A stretch of DNA of 64,000 nt from Gammaproteobacteria bacterium (lineage in GTDB: Bacteria; Pseudomonadota; Gammaproteobacteria; G965277405): the NCBI GenBank assembly GCA_965277405.1, contig OZ255726.1, positions 960,001 through 1,024,000 on the forward strand, given 5' to 3'. Made by a program: the position numbers and the translations under genes. Under the pieces are notes generated by a model, which saw only the letters and a program-made list of their open reading frames with translations, did not search any database and was not told the DNA's origin. Position 1 is the stretch's first letter, and every line of letters begins with the position of its first letter. Positions 50,997-62,041 of the stretch are shown here, piece after piece.

Positions 50997-52325
50997 TCAA
51001 TCATAATATCCAGCATCTGCCATTATTTGTTTTGCCGCTGTTGCTGCCTCATCCAGCGCAACTTGGATCGGCTTTTCACCTAGAATTGCTACCTGTAGGC
51101 GCGGCCATATTTCATTTGAAACTTCAATCCATTCAGGAATTAAAGGCGGGGTGAACGCATCTTCTACCATTGATTGAGCAAACACATTAAAAACTTCAAC
51201 AAGAAAGTCGTTACCTGCTGCTGCGAATTCTTTTTTAACGTCTATCCAGACTTGCTCACGCGTTGGTAATAAACCTTTACGCGCCTCAACCATTTGCCGA
51301 TCATGGTCTGTTAAAAAGGTTATAAAGGATACCGCTGCTGCAGTATTGTCACAAGTGGCGGTGATTGAGAAAGTATGGCTGCCAGACCAACCAGAGCGTT
51401 TGCCACCAACGCCTTTTGGCGCCCGTATCAAACCAATATTGCCAGCAACTTTAGAGTTTTCTGGGTCATTAAAAAATGATGCCCAGCCGGCCCAATCTAG
51501 GTTAAGCGCAACTGAACCAGAGGCGAAACCAAGTCCCGTATCATCCCAAAGATAATTCAATACCCCAGCAGGTACGGCTTTAGCATCATACAGTTCTTTA
51601 AACCATTCAACCGATATTACTCCAGCTTTAGAATTAAACGTGGGATTCCAATCTTCATCGAACAACGCACCGCCATTTGCTACTAGCATTTCATAAAAAC
51701 GTCCTGTAATCGCTTCATCTTTTCCAACATATTGTGTGCCATAAAAAGTCGGGGCATCTGCAAAGAAAATTGCTTGATCTTTGAACATATTCCACGTTTT
51801 AGGTGGAGTAAGTGCATAGCCATATTTTGCTTTGAATGCAGCTTGCTTGTTAGCATCTTGGTACAATGATTTTTGATAGTACAGATTGGATACATCTGAA
51901 TGACGCGGTAACTGCACCAGCTTGCCGTTTAGAGTTGAGTTTTTCAGTGCGAGTGGCTGAAACTCAGCAAGGACATCTGCTGCAATTAACTTGTTTAAAT
52001 CTACGTAAATATCACCATATTGTGCTGCAAAATTTGTGTGGCTTGATCCAACACACCAATCTAAGGTTCCTGCGGCAATATCTTGTTTAATTTCCCGATC
52101 AAATTCAAAATGACTTTTTCGCGTCAAGATGTCGACCGTTGCGCCTGTCTGCTTTTCCCATTTAGGTATTTCAGCATACAGTGGCTCATATTGCGCCCCT
52201 CCTATTAACTTCACGCGTAACGTGTAGCCGTCAAATTCACCAGCAAGTATAGGATTGCTCATACTGGCCAATAGTAGCGCCGCCAAAGCGGCTGCCGTTA
52301 TAGCCTTCAAGTTTGACTGTTTCAT
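50997..52325 (-). CDS. Carbohydrate ABC substrate-binding protein
   Basis: Signal peptide; PPKTW; family-1 SBP size and context. Confidence 0.88.
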   Translation of the reverse strand: MKQSNLKAITAAALAALLLASMSNPILAGEFDGYTLRVKLIGGAQYEPLYAEIPKWEKQTGATVDILTRKSHFEFDREIKQDIAAGTLDWCVGSSHTNFAAQYGDIYVDLNKLIAADVLAEFQPLALKNSTLNGKLVQLPRHSDVSNLYYQKSLYQDANKQAAFKAKYGYALTPPKTWNMFKDQAIFFADAPTFYGTQYVGKDEAITGRFYEMLVANGGALFDEDWNPTFNSKAGVISVEWFKELYDAKAVPAGVLNYLWDDTGLGFASGSVALNLDWAGWASFFNDPENSKVAGNIGLIRAPKGVGGKRSGWSGSHTFSITATCDNTAAAVSFITFLTDHDRQMVEARKGLLPTREQVWIDVKKEFAAAGNDFLVEVFNVFAQSMVEDAFTPPLIPEWIEVSNEIWPRLQVAILGEKPIQVALDEAATAAKQIMADAGYYD

Positions 52326-52935
52326 AGTTCCTCCTCATAATGTGTGTTGACCATCGTGACCAGTTCAGCATCCTGAATTCATCAGATGCCATTGTTTAAT
52401 TGCTTGCCACTTACTGTTGTTAGCAAGCAATTTAAAGAATGCTTACATTTGCGTTGCACCTAACTTAGACGCAACTCAATCTGACTGTAAGACTCGACCG
52501 TTAATATTGGTGGCCCTCCCGTAATGGATTGAGTAACAAGCGTTGTTACGTTGAATGAATATTCAAAACCCAGTAAGCGATATTCCCTGCTTACAGGGAC
52601 TGAGTACCAATGCAGGACTTTTGCACAGCAGCTTTCAGCCCATGGTAACACACACGCCATTGCTTAGCATTTTTTAAATTACAGCGACCATAACTTTTTT
52701 TCACTACGGTGTTTTTGCTTAATTTAGCAGTGTCGCGCTAACGGCTGAAACCTACATTTTTACCGTAAATAATATACACATTTTTTTCAAGAGTCAAATA
52801 TTTATGTGTATTTAAAACGCCGCTTTGCAACTAATATTTTGCAACTCATGTAAAGTGTGAAACTAGCATGAGTATGACCACGCATGCTAGCAACAACTAT
52901 CAAGATCTCTTAAACAGGACTGGCGGCAACTTTTG

Positions 52936-53745
52936 TTATTGCCTGCCATTCGCTTGATTATCAGAGTTTCCTGTAGTTATTCGTACAGCATTTGCCCCCA
53001 AGGCGCCGCTAATTTCATTAGCGGTTTTAACCAATATGTCTACACAGCTTGCAAAGCTGATGTGTTCATTCTTATACACAACATACGGGACTGTCAAAGC
53101 TGCAACCGCATTACCAGAATGATTCAGCACGGGGGCAGATATATTGTTAATTCCTTGCACTACAAAACTTTCTCGCACTTCAAATGTTTTTTTTCTGATG
53201 TTTGCCAGATCTTGCATAAATTCAGACTTGGTTATATCACCAGTAAATTTAACTGCGGATAACAGAGTCTCAAGTTCCTCTTCTGGAAGATATGCCATTA
53301 TGACCCTGCCACTTGATGCTTGCAACATTTCTATCTTTGCCCCTATCCGCACGCTCATCACACTGTTGGCAGGATTATCAACTTGCCCAATAATCAGAAC
53401 TTCATTGTTGGTGATAATTCCAAGATGTACAGACTGATTTATTTTCCTGACAAGCCTGCGCATACGCGGCTCAGCAACAGATGTTAACCTGCGTACATTT
53501 GGTAATTTATGTGCAATCTCGAATAAGAAAGTTGTTAACACATAACGACCAGAAACAATGTCTTGGGTAACATAGCCGCGCTGTTCTAGCACCGCGAGCA
53601 TACGGAATATTTCACCTACCGAACGCGTTAATGCACGGGCAATGTCTGTAAGACTCAAGCCAAGCTCTTCGCCTGCAAGTAGTTCAATAATGCTCAGACC
53701 TTTATCCAAGGCAGGTGCCGTATATATTTTTTTTGTTTGATTCAT
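52936..53745 (-). CDS. IclR-family transcriptional regulator
   Basis: YTAPALDKGLSIIE HTH, ASSGRV, ISAPV. Confidence 0.9.
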   Translation of the reverse strand: MNQTKKIYTAPALDKGLSIIELLAGEELGLSLTDIARALTRSVGEIFRMLAVLEQRGYVTQDIVSGRYVLTTFLFEIAHKLPNVRRLTSVAEPRMRRLVRKINQSVHLGIITNNEVLIIGQVDNPANSVMSVRIGAKIEMLQASSGRVIMAYLPEEELETLLSAVKFTGDITKSEFMQDLANIRKKTFEVRESFVVQGINNISAPVLNHSGNAVAALTVPYVVYKNEHISFASCVDILVKTANEISGALGANAVRITTGNSDNQANGRQ

Positions 53746-54241
53746 TGTGGTGGTTTGATTTTTGAAAATGACATTAAACGTTTTGTAAATTTGTTTTATA
53801 ATACGAATTTTAATCGTTAACTCAAGACGTTGAGTTGATATGAATAGTAAGCGAACCAACACTCACCCAACCAAGGCATGATTGCGATACTAAATGAAGC
53901 TCTGGTTAAGTCCATGGAAAAGAATGTTGCATACCACGCTCAAATTAAAGATGCGCTTGAGGATGGGCAATATGTTGCACAGCAATATCGTTGTCTCAGT
54001 ACGAGGAATAAATAAAAACCATACTGACCTTATTCGCCAGTATCTACCACATGCAACGGTTTGGATACAATGTTAGCAGACCACGTAATTTTGATGAAAC
54101 AGTTAAACAATTATCATACGATTTACTTATACTATACAATAGCCCATGAAGTGTACGGTGCTATGGTTGTAGCTATATAATTATTGAGTGTCGTGTTACC
54201 GATTGAAATCAGCCTCATTATCACATTAGGTAGATATAATT

Positions 54242-55270
54242 ATGACTAAGATTGGAACTCCACATCTCACCGTCAAGAAAACCTCATTCCTTACTACTGT
54301 TACCAGCCGTACTTTCTTTACACTCATCACGGTGCTTGCTGTTAGCATGATGAGTGCCGCTGTTAACGCCGCAACCACCTTAAAGTGGGCTCATGTGTAT
54401 GAAGCAGGCTCCCCTTATCATCAGGCTGTGCTCTGGGCCGCTGCTGAAATAAAAAAACAAACAGCTGGTAGCGTCATCATTAACGCCTATCCCGCCGCTT
54501 CTTTGGGTAAAGAAGCCGAACTCAGTGAATCCTTAGACTTTGGCACGCTCGATATTATTTACACAGGCGCTTCCTTCGCGGCACAGGCCTACCCTCCAAT
54601 GAAGCTCTCGGAGTTGCCTTTTGTTATTCGTGATTACAACCATTGGAAAGCCTACCGTGATAGCGCTCTTGGCGATGAAATATCAACTGGTTATGAAAAA
54701 CAAACTGGTCATGATGTCACAGCTTATACCTATTACGGTGCCCGTCATGTGACTTCCAACATCCCCATTCATGCGCCTAAAGATATGGTGGGAATGAAAA
54801 TACGTGTGCCAAACGCCCCGCTGTATTTGATGTTTCCCAAAGCGGTAAAAGCCAACCCGACCCCATTAGCCTTCTCAGAAGTGTATTTGGCACTGCAGCA
54901 AGGGCTAGTGGATGCGCAAGAAAACCCATTGCCCACCATTAAGTTCAAAAAGTTCTACGAAGTACAAAAATACATAACCCTGACAGGTCACATGACGAAT
55001 TCGATTGTCACTGTTATTTCCAGCTATGCCAAACAAAAAATCAGTGGCAGCGATTATGACAAATTGGTGACTATCACCAGCCAAGCGGCAGCTAGAGCCT
55101 CAGAGGAAATCAATGACACAGAGCAAAACCTGGCACAATGGTTTGCCGACCAAGGCATTATCGTCAACAAGGTTGACCGCGAACCATTTAAAAAAGCGAT
55201 CAAACCTTTCTTAAAACCTGAAGATAACGGCGTTACAGCAGCGCAGTTGGCGCGCTTGCAAGCCCTGTAA
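54242..55270 (+). CDS. dctP: TRAP substrate-binding protein (DctP/SiaP family)
   Basis: YYGARH, GMKIRVP, FSEVYLALQQG.VDAQENP. Confidence 0.9.
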   Translation: MTKIGTPHLTVKKTSFLTTVTSRTFFTLITVLAVSMMSAAVNAATTLKWAHVYEAGSPYHQAVLWAAAEIKKQTAGSVIINAYPAASLGKEAELSESLDFGTLDIIYTGASFAAQAYPPMKLSELPFVIRDYNHWKAYRDSALGDEISTGYEKQTGHDVTAYTYYGARHVTSNIPIHAPKDMVGMKIRVPNAPLYLMFPKAVKANPTPLAFSEVYLALQQGLVDAQENPLPTIKFKKFYEVQKYITLTGHMTNSIVTVISSYAKQKISGSDYDKLVTITSQAAARASEEINDTEQNLAQWFADQGIIVNKVDREPFKKAIKPFLKPEDNGVTAAQLARLQAL

Positions 55271-55299
55271 TTATTATGTGAAAAGGCAGTCATAGAGAT

Positions 55300-55860
55300 G
55301 TGATGCATAACCAGCCAACAGGGCAAGTGGATAGCCCCCATGCACCTACCATTGCTAACGTCTGTGCAGATCAAACCAAGGAAAGATTTACCTTTAAGAT
55401 GGTAGACATTCCAGTGATGGTGGTTTTTTGGGTATTAGTGGCGATTGTTTTTTTACAATTTTTTACTCGCTACGTGCTCAACGATTCGCTGGGGTGGACC
55501 GAAGAAATAGCCCGCTTTCTCTTGATTTTATTGGGGTTTATTGGGTCAGTGACAGTTGTTAGAAACGGCGGCCATATTGCTTTAGAGTTCTCTTATCGTT
55601 TTATTCCTAGTCAATGCAGTAAAGCCTTGATGGTTTTTTCTCAAATCGCCTGCAGCTGTTTTTATGGCTACTGTGCCTATTTATCGTGGCAAGTAGCCAT
55701 GCGCATCAACCAAACATTGGTTTCTATTCCTTTGCCTAAAAGCGTTATATATTGGGTTATATGTGTTTGTTGCGCCGCAATGGCGCTGCATTCTTTAATG
55801 TGGCTGTATACGCGTATTACACAACACCATATCACCTTGGCAAACAACCTTAATAATTAA
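55300..55860 (+). CDS. dctQ: TRAP small permease
   Basis: RYVLNDSLGWTEEIAR, HI. Confidence 0.88.
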   Translation: MMHNQPTGQVDSPHAPTIANVCADQTKERFTFKMVDIPVMVVFWVLVAIVFLQFFTRYVLNDSLGWTEEIARFLLILLGFIGSVTVVRNGGHIALEFSYRFIPSQCSKALMVFSQIACSCFYGYCAYLSWQVAMRINQTLVSIPLPKSVIYWVICVCCAAMALHSLMWLYTRITQHHITLANNLNN

Positions 55861-55877
55861 ATTATCAGAGGTTTATT

Positions 55878-57155
55878 GTGTCTATCTTAAGTATGTTCCT
55901 CATCCTGTTTACCCTAATGATAATTGGTGTGCCTGTTGCCGTTTCATTAGGGCTGGCTTCGTTGTTTTTTATTGTTATAGAAGGCATGCCCAATATTGTA
56001 CTGCTGCATACCATGGTCAATGGTATTAATAGCTTCCCTTTGATTGCCATTCCGTTTTTTATTCTAGCGGGACACTTAATGAATATAGGGGGTATTACCA
56101 AGCGGATTTTTGCTTTTGCGCGCGCGTTAGTCGGCTGGATGCCAGGTGGTTTAGGGCATGTTAATGTCGGCGCCAGTGTGATATTTGCAGGGATGTCTGG
56201 TGCGGCGGTTGCTGATGCTGGCGGGCTTGGAAATATAGAAATTAAATCCATGAAAGAAGCTGGATATGATGCCGACTTTTCGGTTGGCATTACCGCAGCC
56301 TCCTCAACCATTGGCCCTATTATTCCCCCCTCATTGCCGCTGGTGATTTATGGAGTGATGGCCGACACCTCTATTGGTCAGCTGTTTGTCGCAGGAATAA
56401 TTCCAGGGTTATTGATGGCATTTGCGTTGATGATCATGGTATCTTGGTACGCCATAATTCGTAAATACCCAATAGATGATCATTTTAGATTCAGCGTATT
56501 ATGGTCAACCTTTAAACGCGCTTGCCTGCCTTTGCTGACCCCAGTCATTATTGTTGGCGGCATATTAACAGGAGTCTTTACACCAACAGAAGCCGCCATT
56601 GCCGCCGTTACTTACTCCATGTTGTTAGGGCTGTGCGTCTATCGTTCCTTATCCTTCAATAACATACTTAAAGTGTCGCAAGAAACCATCGAAACAACCG
56701 CGTCTATTTTACTTATAGTCGCCTCTTCGACTATCTTTGCTTGGATTCTTACCGCCAATCAGTTTGCCAATGTCTTTGCTGAACAGTTACTGTCTTTTAC
56801 CAATAATAAAACACTGATTTTATTGATGATTACCCTGTTGGTTTTGGTTGTTGGCTGCTTTATGGAGACAATTGCTGCTATCACTATTTTAGTCTCAGTG
56901 CTGTTACCTGTTGCCGTGCAAATTGGCGTTGATCCAGTCCATTTTGGCATTATTTTAATATTGAATTTGATGCTGGGATTACTCACGCCGCCAGTAGGGA
57001 TGGTGTTATACGTACTTGCCAAAGTATCAGACACCCCCTTTGAACGATGTGTTATGGCAACAGCACCATTTTTAATCCCGTTAGTGGCTGTGCTGATGCT
57101 GCTTACCTTTATTCCAGCTATTTCGATGTGGCTGCCCACGCTTATTTATCGATAG
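55878..57155 (+). CDS. dctM: TRAP large permease
   Basis: AIPFF, SGAAVAD, IIPPS, FTPTEA, TPPVG. Confidence 0.93.
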   Translation: MSILSMFLILFTLMIIGVPVAVSLGLASLFFIVIEGMPNIVLLHTMVNGINSFPLIAIPFFILAGHLMNIGGITKRIFAFARALVGWMPGGLGHVNVGASVIFAGMSGAAVADAGGLGNIEIKSMKEAGYDADFSVGITAASSTIGPIIPPSLPLVIYGVMADTSIGQLFVAGIIPGLLMAFALMIMVSWYAIIRKYPIDDHFRFSVLWSTFKRACLPLLTPVIIVGGILTGVFTPTEAAIAAVTYSMLLGLCVYRSLSFNNILKVSQETIETTASILLIVASSTIFAWILTANQFANVFAEQLLSFTNNKTLILLMITLLVLVVGCFMETIAAITILVSVLLPVAVQIGVDPVHFGIILILNLMLGLLTPPVGMVLYVLAKVSDTPFERCVMATAPFLIPLVAVLMLLTFIPAISMWLPTLIYR

Positions 57156-57440
57156 TTGACTTGTTACAAATAGGTTAATATTTGCGGAAAACAAAAATTT
57201 CACGATAAACGCATATTGTTTTAACAGATTTTAATCGCCGCGAGATACATGACGCGATTATAGTTAGTAAGCCAACCACCACTCACACCGTCAATATTCG
57301 ATCACATTAATACATGAACCTATAGTTAAGTCGATAATGAGCGAGACGCAGCAAACACGTTAATGATAACCAAGCAACGATATCGAAGAGGTAGGGGTTT
57401 GACGGTCAGTGCGGCGACAAGCGAGGGTTGTATGCTGTAG

Positions 57441-57980
57441 TTATGTGTTAACAAACAAGTTCCGATAAATCTGTGTTTCTGCGATGGATTCTCTGGTATC
57501 AGATAATGCTGTATGCGTCCCAGACTTGGTCATCGAAACATCTTTATCGCTCCATAGTTGCGCAGCAATTTTTAAACTTGTGGCATCAAGATTACGGTAA
57601 TGAAAAAAAGCACACAACGTAGGCATATAATGCGCAAGAAAACGCCTGTCTTGACAGATTGTATTCCCACACATTGGTGAGTGGCGTGGTTTGCAATGTT
57701 CGCGTAAAAACTCAAGCGTCATCAATTCGGCCTGTTGTGTTGTAATATTGCTGCTGCGCACCCGGTCGAGTAATCCCGACTTTCCGTGTGTAGTAACGTT
57801 CCATTCATCCATGCGGTTCAGCGTTGCTTCATCATGAGCAATGGCAATCTCTGGTCCTTCTGCAATTATGTTCAAATCTCTGTCTGTCACAATTGTGGCA
57901 ATTTCGATAATGGTGTCGTTTTGAGGATCAAGCCCGGTCATTTCGCAGTCAAGCCAAATAAGTTTTTTAATATCTGCCAT
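57441..57980 (-). CDS. orn: Oligoribonuclease
   Basis: IWLDCEMTGLDP, QDRRFL, FHYRNLD, H.AL.D.RES. Confidence 0.95.
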   Translation of the reverse strand: MADIKKLIWLDCEMTGLDPQNDTIIEIATIVTDRDLNIIAEGPEIAIAHDEATLNRMDEWNVTTHGKSGLLDRVRSSNITTQQAELMTLEFLREHCKPRHSPMCGNTICQDRRFLAHYMPTLCAFFHYRNLDATSLKIAAQLWSDKDVSMTKSGTHTALSDTRESIAETQIYRNLFVNT

Positions 57981-58234
57981 TATGTGTGGTCTTGGTTGTA
58001 ATAAAGATATGCTCGCTAATTTCGTTATCAAAGAGAGATGTATCCAACTTTGACGAACCATACACTGATAGCAGCATATTTGTCGTACACTCTCTGTGTA
58101 TTTAAGGAAGATTGTTATACACAATAATAGCGACTGCAAAAACAAAGTTTTGACAAAACATGCTGAAATTATACGTTGTAAATATCACATGCTATAGTAA
58201 ATAAAACTCGCTTTTTATAAGGAAAACAATATAT

Positions 58235-58891
58235 ATGGTCGCAACACAGCAAATCATCATTTTAGGCGCACCTGGAGCAGGAAAAGGCACGCAGTCTGTC
58301 TATATAGCACGGCGCCTACATGTCGCTCATATCTCAACAGGTAATATGTTGCGCAGTGCTGTTGCCGCAGAAACAAAAATTGGTAAATCTGCAAAAAAAA
58401 TAATGGACACCGGGCATTTGATTTCTGACGAAATTATCCTCGATTTAATCCAAGAACGGATTACAGCAGCTGATTGTGCCAATGGCTTTTTATTCGACGG
58501 CTTCCCGCGAACAGTAGGGCAGGCGGAAGCGATTGAACGGCATAATATTAGTATTAGCCATGTAATTGAAATTGATGTGGACGATAGCGAAATCATTCGA
58601 AGATTGTCTGGTAGACGCGTCCATTTATCCTCTGGACGCAGCTACCACGTGTTATTTAACCCTCCAAAACAAATAGGAATTGATGATGAAACAGGTGAGC
58701 CGCTGGTGCATCGCCCAGATGATCACGAAACAACGATTAAAGACCGCTTATCGGTGTATCATCAACAAACCAAACCACTCATCAGCTTTTACAAGCAACG
58801 ACAGCAGCAAGAAAAAATAAACTTTCACCGTGTGGATGGTGGCGCGCCGATCAATGCTGTGACAAAAGCAATCGATGCTATTTTCATTTAA
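58235..58891 (+). CDS. adk: Adenylate kinase
   Basis: [16 protein letters not shown], zinc-free LID. Confidence 0.96.
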   Translation: MVATQQIIILGAPGAGKGTQSVYIARRLHVAHISTGNMLRSAVAAETKIGKSAKKIMDTGHLISDEIILDLIQERITAADCANGFLFDGFPRTVGQAEAIERHNISISHVIEIDVDDSEIIRRLSGRRVHLSSGRSYHVLFNPPKQIGIDDETGEPLVHRPDDHETTIKDRLSVYHQQTKPLISFYKQRQQQEKINFHRVDGGAPINAVTKAIDAIFI

Positions 58892-58900
58892 TATCCAGCA

Positions 58901-59566
58901 ATGGTAGACGCGCTCGCAACAGGATTTTGTCAGTTTGTTTGGCAAAATGGCGCATTACAGTTTGGCGATTTCACGTTAAAGTCTGGCAGAAAAAGCCCCT
59001 ATTTTCTCAACGTTGGTAAATTCTGTGATGGCGAATCAATCTTGAGTCTTGGCAGTTTTTACGCCCAACGTATTGCGGATAAATTACAAAAAGGGCTGCA
59101 GGCGGATATGTTGTTTGGGCCTGCGTATAAAGGCATTCCGTTAGTGGCTGTAACCGCTGCAATGCTGGCTCAGAATCATCAAATATCATTACCGTTTGCA
59201 TATAACCGCAAAGTGGTAAAGGATCATGGCGAAGGTGGATTAGTGGTTGGAGCGCAGCCGCGTGGCTTGGTGATTGCTATTGATGATGTTATCACTGCTG
59301 GAACGGCAATAAGCCAAGTTAGTGATATTCTTGATACATATGAAAATTGCGCATTAACGGCGGTTTGCATTGCGTTTGATAGAAAAGAAATCAACCAAGC
59401 AGGAATAGACACCACCTGGGCACTGCAGCAAGATTATGGAATAGATATTTTTTCTATTGCAGATTTTCACATACTGCTCGAATGGCTCGGTCAGCAACAT
59501 ACAGTGGACGCAGCCCAACACCAGCTGCTGCACGAATATCGTCGCCACTACGGCAGCACAATCTAA
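58901..59566 (+). CDS. pyrE: Orotate phosphoribosyltransferase
   Basis: FTLKSGRKSPYF, GPAYKGIP, KDHGEGG, DDVITAGT. Confidence 0.95.
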   Translation: MVDALATGFCQFVWQNGALQFGDFTLKSGRKSPYFLNVGKFCDGESILSLGSFYAQRIADKLQKGLQADMLFGPAYKGIPLVAVTAAMLAQNHQISLPFAYNRKVVKDHGEGGLVVGAQPRGLVIAIDDVITAGTAISQVSDILDTYENCALTAVCIAFDRKEINQAGIDTTWALQQDYGIDIFSIADFHILLEWLGQQHTVDAAQHQLLHEYRRHYGSTI

Positions 59567-59833
59567 TCAAGATGTATTACTCAATAGCTCATATGTGCTT
59601 TGCTGCTGTTTCAGTATGGCAGGGAATGGAATAGCTACACTGAAACGCTGAAACTAAAATTTTTACATCCAACAGCTAATACAGGATTACTGCATGACTG
59701 GAGTTGTCTGCACCAATATTCGTTTTGATAAAACCTTGCCGTTCTTCAATTAACAGTGTATGTCGTTCGTTTTTTAACACACTTTATATATTCCTAGCTT
59801 AAATATTAACGCTTGGAAAGTCTAAATATCAGC

Positions 59834-61654
59834 TTATTCCACTGTTACTGATTTTGCTAAATTCCTAGGTTGATCAAGGTCGGTTCCTTTATGCGTTGCC
59901 ACAAAATATGCAAGCAGTTGTAACGGTATAGTAAATAAAATTGGTGACAGCACATTATCAGCAGATTCGATTTTAATGACTTGGGTATTTCTTCCCGACG
60001 GTATCTTCAGTGACTTGTCAGCAAACACATACATTTCTCCTCCGCGTGCTTGTACCATTTCTATATTGGATTGTAACTTTTTATATAAATGATTTGATGG
60101 TGCAACAACGATAATTGGCGTATCTGCACCAACTAATGCCAATGGTCCATGTTTTAATTCTCCCGCAGGAAAAGCTTCTGCATGAATGTACGAAATTTCT
60201 TTGAGCTTGAGCGCGCCTTCTAGAGCTATTGGGTACATGCTGCCACGCCCCAGAAATAAGCAATTATATTTAGACACAAATGCTCCAGCTAACTCGGCGA
60301 TATCCGCCGCTTTATGCAACACTGTTGATATATCTTCTGGAACTTTTTTCAAAATCTGTATATAATTTTTTTCTTGTTTTGCCGTTAGTAAACCACGAAT
60401 TTTTGCGATATATAGCGTCAAAATAAATAGCAGGGTAAGCTGTGTCGTAAAGGCTTTCGTTGCAGCCACACTGACCTCCGTCCCCGCTTTTGTGAGCAAT
60501 GCGCTCGCAGAATCTCGCACTAATGCGCTTGAGGCTACATTTGACATTGCTACTGTTGTTACATAATTTTTTTTTTGTGCCAATTGTAATGAAGCCAAGG
60601 TGTCTGCTGTTTCTCCTGATTGCGACAAAGTTAGGAATATTGTGTTCGCAAGCACAACAGGGTCTCTGTACCTATATTCACTAGCAACTTCTACCGATAC
60701 CGCTATTCCAGCCAATGCTTCCAACCAATATTTTGCCACCATTCCCGCGTGATAACTGGTGCCGCATGCAACAATATGAATACTGTCAATATCCTTTAAT
60801 TGCTCAATCAGTCCAGCAGGTAAAGCACCATCTATTAGCGCAACGCCTGCAATATATTGTTGATATGTTGCTGCAATAACTTTGGGTTGATCATGAATTT
60901 CTTTTTCCATGAAGTGGCTAAAATCACCTTTTGTATTCTGAGTTTCATTCAACGCATATATATGCGTTTTGCGGTGAACAGGAGTAACACCTTGTTGGTA
61001 GATTGTGTGGTTATTATGGCTAAGAGCTACAATGTCGCCTTCTTCAAGAAATATATATTCTGCTGTGAGTCCTTGCAGCGCCAGTACGTCAGAGGCAAAA
61101 TAATTTTCATCAATACCCAGACCCAATACCATTGGGCTACCTTGACGCGCACCAATTAAATAATTTTGGCAAGCTGCAAACACAAACACCAATGCATATG
61201 ATCCTTCAAGTTTGCTAAGCACATGTTGTACCGCTTGCAGTGGTTCAGCGCCTTGGCATAGTTGCTGATCAACCATTAATAACACCAATTCTGTATCTGT
61301 TTGCGAGACGTAACTAAAGTCGTGTTGCTGCTTTAATTCAGCATAGTTCTCTATCACCCCATTATGCACAACCGCAACATTTTTAGTGGCGTGTGGGTGT
61401 GCGTTCACTTTAGTCGCAGCGCCGTGCGTTGCCCAACGTGTATGACCAATTCCAAGCATGCCATGTTCTGGTTGATCGGTATAACTTTTCGTTAATGTTT
61501 GTAACTTACCAGCAAACTTGCGTGTTGCTATTCCTTGTTGGGTTATAATTGCAAGTCCAGCTGAATCATAGCCACGATATTCAAGTTTCTCTAATCCGCG
61601 TAATAAAATAGCTTGAACATTGCGTCTTGCTACTACACCCACAATTCCACACAT
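59834..61654 (-). CDS. glmS: Glutamine--fructose-6-phosphate aminotransferase
   Basis: MCGIVG, LEYRGYDSAG, GHTRWATHG, PRNLAKSVTVE. Confidence 0.97.
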   Translation of the reverse strand: MCGIVGVVARRNVQAILLRGLEKLEYRGYDSAGLAIITQQGIATRKFAGKLQTLTKSYTDQPEHGMLGIGHTRWATHGAATKVNAHPHATKNVAVVHNGVIENYAELKQQHDFSYVSQTDTELVLLMVDQQLCQGAEPLQAVQHVLSKLEGSYALVFVFAACQNYLIGARQGSPMVLGLGIDENYFASDVLALQGLTAEYIFLEEGDIVALSHNNHTIYQQGVTPVHRKTHIYALNETQNTKGDFSHFMEKEIHDQPKVIAATYQQYIAGVALIDGALPAGLIEQLKDIDSIHIVACGTSYHAGMVAKYWLEALAGIAVSVEVASEYRYRDPVVLANTIFLTLSQSGETADTLASLQLAQKKNYVTTVAMSNVASSALVRDSASALLTKAGTEVSVAATKAFTTQLTLLFILTLYIAKIRGLLTAKQEKNYIQILKKVPEDISTVLHKAADIAELAGAFVSKYNCLFLGRGSMYPIALEGALKLKEISYIHAEAFPAGELKHGPLALVGADTPIIVVAPSNHLYKKLQSNIEMVQARGGEMYVFADKSLKIPSGRNTQVIKIESADNVLSPILFTIPLQLLAYFVATHKGTDLDQPRNLAKSVTVE

Positions 61655-61656
61655 TG

Positions 61657-62031
61657 TTATGGTGCGATAATCGCATCCATTTCAATTTGTACACCCTGCG
61701 GTAGCCCTGTTATTTCAACTGCGGCACGAGCAGGATATGGCAAACAAAAATATTCTGACATGATTGTATTTACCATACCAAAATGGTTAAGATCCACCAT
61801 AAAGACGGTGATCTTGGCAATGTCATCAATTGTAGCCGTTGCTGCAATACACATTGCTTGCAGATTTTCTAATACTTGCCGAATTTGTGCATCAATTGCG
61901 TCTGGAATTGAGCCGTCTTTAGGGTTAATTGGTATCTGTCCAGATATAAAAATTAAGCCGCCTGCTTTAATGCCTTGTGAGTAAGTGCCTATTGCAGCAG
62001 GTGCATCTGTTGTTTGGATAATTGTTTTCAT
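61657..62031 (-). CDS. ridA: RidA-family enamine deaminase
   Basis: APAAIGTYSQ, SGQIP, PYPAR. Confidence 0.9.
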   Translation of the reverse strand: MKTIIQTTDAPAAIGTYSQGIKAGGLIFISGQIPINPKDGSIPDAIDAQIRQVLENLQAMCIAATATIDDIAKITVFMVDLNHFGMVNTIMSEYFCLPYPARAAVEITGLPQGVQIEMDAIIAP

Positions 62032-62041
62032 CTATATAAAT

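Noticed and set aside
52381-52670. Possible eroded lactonase (SMP-30) gene or 66-aa ORF
   Set aside because: Resemblance requires several frameshifts and cannot be supported by eye
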